Assembly (NCBI RefSeq): GCF_006345805.1
Contig: NC_042999.1
Span: 174,220,001 to 174,284,000, forward strand
Length of the DNA: 64,000 nt
Direction: 5' to 3'
Source of the DNA: Octopus sinensis
Lineage: Eukaryota
Part shown: piece after piece, positions 54,330 to 64,000 of the stretch
Layout: every line of letters begins with the position of its first letter
Position numbering within the stretch: position 1 is the first letter of the stretch
Translations under genes and position numbers: made by a program
The notes under the pieces: generated by a model
Database searches by the model: none
Told to the model about the DNA's origin: nothing
Seen by the model: only the letters and a program-made list of their open reading frames with translations

Positions 54330-55539
54330 AAACGAGAGCATACAATATAAACAAAGGGAAGAAGGAAAAGGAAAGAAAATATGGCTTAGACAAGTAGTCT
54401 ACAAACCCAATATGCTAAGAGCAAATAATTATTTACCAGCAAGGCTACACAATGGGACAAGTCTAAGTCAGACGGTCTTTATAATTGGTCAGTTACAATT
54501 TTGAACCGGGATCACAAGTTAGAAACCGTTACAATTGATTTATTTATGAAATAAACAAAAAAAAAGGAAAAAAGAAAAAAGATACGGAGGATAAGTCAAT
54601 GTATTGATCTTGAGGGCAGTTTATGTCCTTCAGCATCTTAACGTTATAACAACAATGTATGAGGGAAGAATTAAGGAGTCTGCAGATTAGTAGTTAAGGC
54701 GGGGGGGGGCAACTAGTACTAGTAGTTCAACGGTTAGATGAACATTGCTAGGAAATGAAATTGGGCTAAACCTGGTATATAGAGAATTGTAGTAATAAAT
54801 AGGTATATACAGGTATGTAAGCAAAATTCATACTAAAGGTGCTCTACAATGCACAAATAAAATGGCACTTACAATTAGGCTGATAATATATATCGCCTAG
54901 TCACATGCTAAAATAATATCAAATAATGAAACTCCCATGTTATCAGTAATGTCCTAAGTAAGCTTCATAAGCATTACATAGTCATTACAGTATATAGTTC
55001 CTATTATTATAAAGAAATTAAAAAGAATATAATGGCTCTGATGGGTACAGTTAATGCCGGGTCCACAGGAAGATTAGTACTATTAGAAAAATTACCTTGA
55101 ATCAAGCAATGTACTAGATATGCCTAAAAGGCAAAAATAAATGCCCTAAGATAAGAAAGAAATACTAATTGAATCTAATCATTAAATTCCTAAGTAAAGG
55201 TATATTAACTCCAAGTTGGTGCAAAAAATACTTGTGGGCATATAGTACAATAAAGTAAAGAACAAAATATAAAACATATAATAAAAATCAAAATAAAATG
55301 AAAAGGATGAAAATATCAAACATGGGGGAAATAACGTTCACATGTATTTAGGGCTAACAATGTGGTAGAAAACCTAAGGTCTTTTGTGTTCTCATATCAG
55401 TTATGGTAGAGAATTAAAGGCATAATACAAAGTGTTAGGTGATGATAAAATGGGGAAAATGTTAGTTTGTGTAAGAAATAGGTAATAGATATGGGTGGGG
55501 ATTTACATTTAAAACTTAGGAGAAGGTTAAGAAGGTTGG

Positions 55540-55576
<37 letters not shown>

Positions 55577-55639
55577 TACCGCCTGCGCTGACTCGTAGTC
55601 CTCATACTTGCAACATCTTCAGGTTTCTTTACAAGTGTA

Positions 55640-57065
55640 GGTCGTCGGAACACTCCCGTCGGTTTCAACACATAAAGATCCGACGACCCACTCTTTCTTT
55701 GTCATCCATCATGCTTATGTCGAATGTAACACATTTGAGTTCCGCCAACGATTCGTAAAGCCCGCAAATGTTCCAAGTATAAGGATTATGGGTCAGTGCA
55801 GGTGGTATATTTGCAGCCGCTTTACTCCTTTGCTTTGCAACCCTAATCCTATTAATGCTAGTTAAAACAAAGTCTCTCATGCCATTTTGACACGACGATC
55901 TCCATTTTGTTCACCCCCTAAGCTGTTTTCTCAGAGGTGTTGTAAGCTATATTAACAGCTGAGAGGTTACTCTTCAGCCTGTCTTTATATCTGGGCCATG
56001 ATCGACCGACATTTCTACACCCACTATCAAGTATTCTTTCGTCACTCATTCTGACGACATGACCAGCCCAGCGCAATTGCTCTCGATTCCACCAATCTTA
56101 CAATTGCTAAACAGTGGACAACTTCAGATTGTTCTGAGACAGCCTTTGTAGAAGACGCCTGGTTGATTAATGTGCTATCTGAAGGGTGTCCACAATTCTG
56201 AGCCATACAAGAGGGTAGTAAGAATGGCAGCTTTATAAATTTGTGCTTTGGCGATGGTGGAGTTTGCCAAATGACTTGGTTGCTTTATCAAGACTTGGTT
56301 GCTTTATCATGATTTCATCATGAAGGAAAGCACTCGAGTTAACTTTACTATCGAGATATGCAAATTACTTCACATACCTTAGGTTTTTTCCGTCAACCTG
56401 AATAAGAGTGTTGGAAAATTGTGAACCGGCGGCCTCTATTTGACACCTCAAATAGCTTAGGAGTAGAGCAAGGTTGGTGGATCACTTTCGTCTTCTTCAT
56501 GCTAATGGTCAAGCTGAAGGCTTTACATGCTGCAGAAAACCTGTCTAGAAGTCCCTGATCTTCCTCTAAGGAGGTTGCTACATGTGCAACATCGTCTACA
56601 AAAAACAGATCCCGTTTGACGCCGGTGCGTAGCAGTGAAACGCTAATGATTCAATAGTCCACCACTTGTTCAAAACTGGAATTTAACACCACTTTCTATG
56701 TCACCAGAAGCATACTTCAGCTTCTCTGAAAAATAAGGGAGCAAACAAACCAGGTTCCAGCACATAACTTTGCATTGTGCCGTTTATAACATCGAAGGAA
56801 GCTGAAGATGCCCCCATCGGACAAAACAGCAGCTTTCATTCCCTCAAGAAAGGAGAAAACATTCAACATTTTGTCGGTTATACCAAGCTTTTTCAGAACT
56901 TTCCAAAGCGCTTGCCGGTTAACAGTGTCGAAGGCCATAGTAAGGCCAAAGAACATCATGATCAGATCTTGATTTTTTTTGCGTACCTTCTCAGCGACCT
57001 GACGAATGGAAAACATCATGTCGATCGTGCCACGGACAGAGCGAAATCCGCACTGTGATTCTTGA
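55640..57065 (-). mobile_element. 5'-truncated RTE (BovB-like) LINE
   Basis: ESQCGFRSVRGTIDMMFSIRQVAEK..AFDTVNRQALWKVL; RWAGHVVRMSDER; C-terminal ICG; 3' hairpin GGTCGTCGGA/TCCGACGACC. Confidence 0.88.
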
Positions 57066-57086
57066 TTGATGCCATTTATATATAAG

Positions 57087-57177
57087 ACACTTACCGAAAG
57101 TGCAACGCAGTGGGACTAAACCCAAAACCATATGGTTGAGAAGCAAACTGCTTTTCACACAGCCATGCCTGCGCCTA
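57087..57177 (-). mobile_element. SINE family B head fragment
   Basis: GCAGTGGGACTAAACCC...CACACAGCCATGCCTGCGCC. Confidence 0.8.
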
Positions 57178-57674
57178 TACACCGATGTTTCATTTTAGGT
57201 TTACTATGTAATAGCATTATAATCTACTAAGCCGAATGATTTAGTCGTATATCTATCTACTACCTGATCCCTAATACACTCCGACTACATCTCAAAGATG
57301 CAACTGAATTATTTCTAGTTATAGGTATGCAAAATGGAACTTCTTCGATATCTTAGAGAATGCAATAATACTCAGGCGAAAAGCACAAGTGGATGTAACG
57401 CTATATTAGTCTTAAATGTCTATCATCAACACTCTAGGATGTAACTGTTTCAGTAACAATACACGATCTTAGATGTTATATTATAACCCTTTCTCTCAGT
57501 TTACTGGCCTGCCAGGATATACAGTTTTGTGTATATTGTAAAAAAAAAAATGACGGGTTTTCATTCAAATTTTCCTCTATTTGAAGATTTGAAGATTTTG
57601 CTATTAAATGGTATTTAGTCTCACTAAGGGGATTATTAATTCAGTCGAATCCTTCTAAGGTATGAAAAGCCAGC

Positions 57675-57758
<84 letters not shown>

Positions 57759-59269
57759 TTTCTGTTTCGCTTTCTCTCTTGTTTATATATGTGTGTATGT
57801 GTGTGTGAGTATGCGAATATGTGTAATGTAGGAAAACGTGAGACGAAAGCTACAACCAAGTATTTCGGGAAACCCTGAAACTGCTGAAGAAACGAAGCAA
57901 TCTCAAGTTCGGTTCATTTACAGATAAGACGTGAACAAAAGACTTGAATAAACAGATGAACGGAGAACAATGACGTGGTTTAAAGGAACTATTCAACAAA
58001 TTTCGCAAACGAGATTAAATAAAAGGAACTCCCTAATAACAATTTTAAAAGATAGAGCCATAATATAAAGCGGAAATAGGTGATAAAATGAATTCCATTA
58101 AAAGTTATACTCCGATGACAAAAATAACAACAAGCGTACAGATGGTAACATCTTTGAAGCACAACGTCATGTGTTTTTTTTCAAATCCGAAACGTACGAT
58201 CGAGCACATACAATCATAAAACTAAAGAAACACGAAACCCCAAAATATGTCAACATAAAATCTGATGTTTAAAAGGATGCATGAGAAACTATCTGCAAAG
58301 GATAATACAAGGGGAAACATCTAAAAGGTGTGTTCTGCATATTATATACAAACATGGTACGGGTCACACGTAGTAAGTTGAAATACAACGACTAAATGGG
58401 TATTAATAGTTTTCGACAAGCTAATATGGTAGTCCAGAAATATTGGACGAATGCTGCCGTTGACTAGCTCCAAGAGGCCGTCACCTCTAGCTAGCTATGT
58501 GACACAAACCTGTGTCCGTTATAACCTTCGAACAGGGAAGGTCATCCGCTTCCCCTTGCTGGTCAGGCATCTGCAGACTAGTTTCAGGGTATTTGCCCCT
58601 TGTCAATGCAGCGTAGCCGAACCCAGCAGGCGTCTTATCATCTAATTAGAAGCATATGGTGGTGGTGATGGTAGTGGTGGTGGTGGTGGTGGTGGTGGTG
58701 GTGGTGGTGGTGGTGGTGATGATGCTGCTGCTGCTGCTCAGATTTCTTCCGGTAAGTAAGCAGAGAGGCAAACGACTTGGGGTGACCCATACATCTCTTA
58801 TTCTGTCAAGTGTATTTACGCAAACATATTGACACCGAGTTGACTTTAAGAACCGAAAATGATTGTGCAATATTTTTTAGGAATCCCTTAAGAAAGTTGA
58901 GAAATAGAAATAATGAATAAAAGGTTAAACCGATGTTACTTGTTTTTGTCCTTGTCGCATTATATATCTATATATCTCTGTAGTAAATACATGTGCATTT
59001 ACAGTAATACAAGATTCGACAATTGTTATAGCACAAAACTTGTAATATTTTTCAAAACCTCTTAATGTTTACATTCTTTTACAATTCTGTGACAGTTCGC
59101 TGATGTCAATGCCTGTTCAAAAAAATTTTCTCCTCGACGAAATCAAAGCAGATGGTAACATAATAGACACAGACTGATCATAACAAAATTGAGGCTGACG
59201 ATGACAGATTTTGAGATTGATGTAGATGAAATTGCAGTTGATGACATGGAATTTGAGAGGGAAATGTTA

Positions 59270-59682
<413 letters not shown>

Positions 59683-59818
59683 CTTCCTTCAAAATTGCAA
59701 CAACAATTTCTGCACTTAACTTAGATAACTTAGGTTTGGGTGAATAACGTACAAATAAAGCCCTCAAGTTGAAGTAGATATTAAGACTTCATAATGCTTA
59801 AAAACCTCACATAGCGAT

Positions 59819-59857
<39 letters not shown>

Positions 59858-61129
59858 CAATACCAAAACTACATCCTAAAGTCTGGGATGCTTTCCTCGA
59901 GAAAAGAAATACTTGCTCTGAGTCTCAATTGAAGCCTAGCTTACAGAACTTTTTACATATATGGAACGATGTGACTTGTTCAGCCAGAAACATCATAGAC
60001 TTCTTCCAACGTAAGGCCCTTCGACTCCATTCAAAACCCAGTTCAGCTGCTTTCTCATAAACACGAGTTTTTTTGCTTCTAGACTAAATCTAAAAGACTG
60101 TCTTTACCAATCAGCTGATTCGTAAGGACTCAAGTACCAGTACTTTGAATATACTGGTTCCTTAGGCTCTGGTACGTCTCTTTTATCGTCTTACCGACAT
60201 TGCAACGGCATCAGCTTCTCTTGAATAGTTTACTGCATTCTCAGTCCAACCGATCTCTCTTATCACATGTATCTCTCATACTCTAGTTATATCCCAGAAG
60301 TACAGAACATTTTTCTCGTTTTGTTCTGAATGCATTAGTCTACAGATGTTCTAAATTATTATCAGCTGCATCGATGTTACCTATTTGGTAAAGTCTGAAA
60401 TGTTAATGAGCACTTCTCCCTCCTCACGAAACCAAAAAGTTAAAAACCGTTCGACCACGTCTCCTGAAACACTTGATTTCTTCTGTTACAATTGTAATGT
60501 TAAGTTAGTGTATTGTGGAGGCATCTATATAAGTAGAATTAATTTATCATAACGCCAGACATTTCTCTATACTTTACACCGGCTTCGGAGAAATTGCATC
60601 TAAGTAAAAACATATCTCTTCAGCCAGTGCTAATATATATATAGACAGAAATGATTAGAAAATGTATACATCAAGATTTGTATCATAAATAATAAAATGG
60701 AGTAAAAATACACCAAATCTTAAGAATTTCTTCCAGTGATAATCTTTTAAATAAGACTTGTCGTTGATTCATAAATCAAATTCTTTCAAAATTGATGAGA
60801 ATCAGTCAAAGGTGACCCACGTTCAGAGCGACAGTTCACAGAGGAAACAGAGAATAATTTGCAGATTCAGAAGTCCAGCCGTTTACTGAGCTTTGTTATA
60901 TAAACATATGTGAAAAGTAAAATCTACTGCTTATAGTTAATGGCCATCAGAATTTTAAATTGACCAGTCGGAGACTAACATTTTCAGACAAGCATAAAGT
61001 GACGAGTCTTGGACATTTATATTGGCTAGGTGACATCGTTCTCTTTACATGCTCCCTGATGAGGAGGAAGTCAGTAAATATTTGATATTTGTAGACGGAT
61101 AGTGCGCAAAAGCCGGTCATATATGTGCA

Positions 61130-61396
61130 TCCAAACCTCCAAGAATTCCTTCCAACAAACGGCTATGATGCTCCCCCACTACTTCGGCTCGTGGTCAGAG
61201 ATGCACATATCGTCAGCCACTAAAGGACATGGTCAACTGGTTAAGGTCAAACAACTGACAAGCAAAGCTGTGGTATAGAGCAGGATATTTGCTATAGCCC
61301 ATCTTTTATACCAAAACAAAACAATGTACATGATAACACTTCCAACCAGTTAAGGTCAGAAACCATGAGAGCCACTGTCTGGTACTGCATCAGGGC

Positions 61397-61397
<1 letters not shown>
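61130..61397 (-). mobile_element. Dong-associated non-coding module, partial
   Basis: Minus strand begins ATGCCCTGATGCAGTACCAGACAGTGGCTCTCATGG right after (AAT)n. Confidence 0.82.
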
Positions 61398-61488
<91 letters not shown>

Positions 61489-61520
61489 TTATTATTATTA
61501 TTATTATCATTATTATTATA

Positions 61521-61558
<38 letters not shown>

Positions 61559-61560
61559 CA

Positions 61561-61958
61561 TTCAGTAGTTTTATTTTTATAGCGTGCTTTCACTTCACTA
61601 CCGAGCCAAGTCTGTGTGCCTTGGGTATGTGCTGTGATTTGTTGTGATGCTCTGATGGTTACTGTATTGAAAGTGTTCTGCGTAGGATGTGTGCGGTGCT
61701 TAGTAGTGCAATTTTTTGTATGTTATATGTGTTTGTAAGTCCTGGTGTTTTTGTTATGTATTTGTCTGAATATTTTTTTATCATGCCTAATGCACCAACT
61801 ATGATAGGAATTGTTTCTGTTTTCAGATTCCACATTCTGTTTACCTCTATTTCCAGGTCTTTGTATTTTGAGAGTTTCTCCATTTCTTTTAGAGACACGT
61901 TGTCATCTGCCGGTATTGATACATCAATTAGAAAGCATTTTTTTTCTTCATGATCTCT
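61561..61958 (-). mobile_element. R4/Dong RLE retrotransposon, 5'-truncated copy 1
   Basis: SLKEMEKLSKYKDLEIE..IPIIVGALG..QKIALLSTAHILRRTL, 3' UTR and (AAT)n tail. Confidence 0.93.
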
Positions 61959-61960
61959 AA

Positions 61961-62016
<56 letters not shown>

Positions 62017-62021
<5 letters not shown>

Positions 62022-62090
62022 TAGTTTTATTTTTATAGCGTGCTTTCACTTCACTACCGAGCGCAGCTCTGTGTGCCTTGGGTATGTGCT
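62017..62090 (-). mobile_element. R4/Dong copy 2 (3' UTR only, 74 bp)
   Basis: Repeat of the terminal 3' UTR, abutting copy 3 with no TAA tract between them. Confidence 0.85.
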
Positions 62091-62465
62091 AGTAGTTTTA
62101 TTTTTATAGCGTGCTTTCACTTCACTACCGAGCGCAGCTCTGTGTGCCTTGGGTATGTGCTGTGATTTGTTGTGATGCTCTGATGGTTATTGCATGGAAA
62201 GTGTTCTGCGTAGGATGTGTGCAGTGCCTAGTAGTGCAATTTTCTGTATGTTATATGTGTTTGTAAGTCCTGGTGTTTTTGTTATGTATTTGTCTGAATA
62301 TTTTTTTATCATGCCTAATGCACCTACTATGATAGGAATTGTTTCTGTTTTCAGGTTCCACATTCTAGTTATCTCTATTTCCAGGTCTTTGTATTTTGAG
62401 AGTTTCTCCATTTCTTTTAGAGACACGTTGTCATCTGCCGGTATTGATACATCAATTAGAAAGCA
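62091..62465 (-). mobile_element. R4/Dong copy 3
   Basis: Same RLE C-terminus (ORF 62187..62426). Confidence 0.92.
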
Positions 62466-62488
62466 ATTATTACTATTATTATTATTAA

Positions 62489-62568
<80 letters not shown>

Positions 62569-62573
<5 letters not shown>

Positions 62574-63438
62574 TAGTTTTATTATTTTTATAGCGTGCTT
62601 TCACTTCACTACCGAGCGCAGCTCTGTGTGCCTTGGGTATGTGCTGTGATTTGTTGTGATGCTCTGATGGTTATTGTATGGAAAGTGTTCTGCCTAGGAT
62701 GTGTGCAGCGCCTAGTAGTGCAATTTTCTGTATGTTATATGTGTTTGTAAGTCCTGGTGTTTTTGTTATGCATTTGTCTGAATATTTTTTTATCATGCCT
62801 AATGCACCTACTATGATAGGAATTGTTTCTGTTTTCCGATTCCACATTCTAGTTACCTCTATTTCCAGGTCTTTGTATTTTGAGAGTTTCTCCATTTCTT
62901 TTAGAGACACGTTGTCATCTGCCGGTATTGATACATCAATTAGAAAGCATTTTTTTTCTTCATGATCTCTGACAACTATATCTGGTCTGTTGGGCTTAAT
63001 TTCTCTATCTGTGTGTATCGGCATATCCCAGAGTATGGTTGCTTTCTCGTTTTCTGTGACCTTTTCTGGTGTGTGCCTATACCATCTTTTTTCTGTTGTT
63101 ATTCCATAATGTTGGCATAGCTTCCAATGTATGTAGGTTCCAACTCTGTCATGTCTGTGAATATATTCCTTCTTAGCTAGGACTGGGCAGCTAGAGATAA
63201 TATGATTTATTGTTTCTTGTCCATCTCCACATATTCTGCAGTTACTTGTAGTATTTCTTTTCATTACATGTTTTTGGTAATTTCTGGTGGGGAGGCTTTG
63301 GTCTTGTGCTGCAATTAAAAATCCCTCTGTTTCTGCTTTGAGTCCTGAGCTTCTCAACCATTGCTGGGATTTTTCTTTGTCTATTTCTTTTGCGTTTAGT
63401 TTAGTCCAGTATTTAGTTTAGTCCAGTATTTAGTCCAG

Positions 63439-63440
<2 letters not shown>
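62569..63440 (-). mobile_element. R4/Dong copy 4 (CCHC finger + RLE endonuclease, open frame)
   Basis: ORF 62671..63357: CRICG..ETINHIISSCPVLAKKEYIHRHD..ILWD..RPDIVV..IDVSIP..KE.EK..KY..; CCHC plus PD-(D/E)xK restriction-like endonuclease. Confidence 0.95.
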
Positions 63441-63501
<61 letters not shown>

Positions 63502-63503
<2 letters not shown>

Positions 63504-64000
63504 GAGTGAGAGAGCAGTGCATGCCATCAAAGTGACACTGGGGTAAAATATACGAAGCCCAATATACCCATCATGACTACCCGTCTGATAAAGGTACACC
63601 AGGCACATGCATCACAACCATATGTGCGCGACATGGTGATCTCATATCAAGATAAACAGCACATGACCTTGCAGGTAGGGCCCAGTTAGAATTTTCTTCA
63701 GGTTGAGTAGCCCATCCCGCTCAAAAGGTCCCTGAATAAGGGTTGTTTAAGGATGTTGAAAGAACCACCCATGTTTCCAGAGGTGAATTATTCAAACCCC
63801 AAAGAATCCATCTCAACACATGGCTATGATGCTCCCCCACTACTTCTGCTCGTGATCAGAGATGCACATATCGTCAGCCAGTAAGGGACATGCTCAACTG
63901 GTTAAGGTCAAACAACTGACAAGCAAATCTGTGGTATTGAGCAGAATATTTGCTGTAGCCCATCTTTTATACCAAGACAAAACAATGTACATGATAACAC
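63502..64000 (-). mobile_element. Dong-associated non-coding module, longest copy (runs off the window)
   Basis: Homologous to 61130-61397 and 22438-22775; minus strand ends CTCTCTCACTCA(ATA)n. Confidence 0.85.

Noticed and set aside
58186-58205. GAAACGTACGA resembling a hammerhead stem III
   Set aside because: No upstream CUGANGA core or stem I.
61047-61075. CTGATGAG hammerhead-like core
   Set aside because: No properly placed GAAA, stem II or stem I.
62671-63357. 228-aa open frame as a host gene
   Set aside because: It is the 5'-truncated C-terminus of a Dong ORF without RT or a native start.
61398-63501. Regular repeat/spacer alternation reminiscent of CRISPR
   Set aside because: The repeats are (TTA)n microsatellites, the spacers are homologous retrotransposon ends, and the DNA is eukaryotic with no cas genes.

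Overview
AT-rich, microsatellite-saturated eukaryotic DNA. The repeat families and microsatellite load suggest an octopus or other coleoid cephalopod (inference, not confirmed by search). I found no convincing host gene, RNA gene or CRISPR array; almost every listed ORF is microsatellite translation or transposon debris. The window is a retroelement graveyard: at least 4 tRNA-derived SINE families (about 17 copies or fragments), RTE, Tx1/L1, R4/Dong (RLE) and CR1/L2-group LINE fragments, several Penelope-like elements (PLEs), an internally deleted mariner and Helitron remnants. Best leads: (1) six type-I hammerhead ribozyme folds plus one partial copy at PLE termini, with stem II regions from 13 to about 105 nt, mostly palindromic stem III and one compensatory base-pair change; (2) a PLE whose GIY and YIG endonuclease motifs are about 590 bp apart, separated by a reading frame with two 51-aa Thr/Asp-rich repeats; (3) two SINE-LINE 3'-tail pairings visible inside the window, one with a Tx1 element; (4) microsatellite-associated retrotransposons, namely a Dong array in (TAA)n and a Tx1 in (GATA)n. 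All alignments, translations and folds were done by eye, and clade names come from recalled motif patterns.
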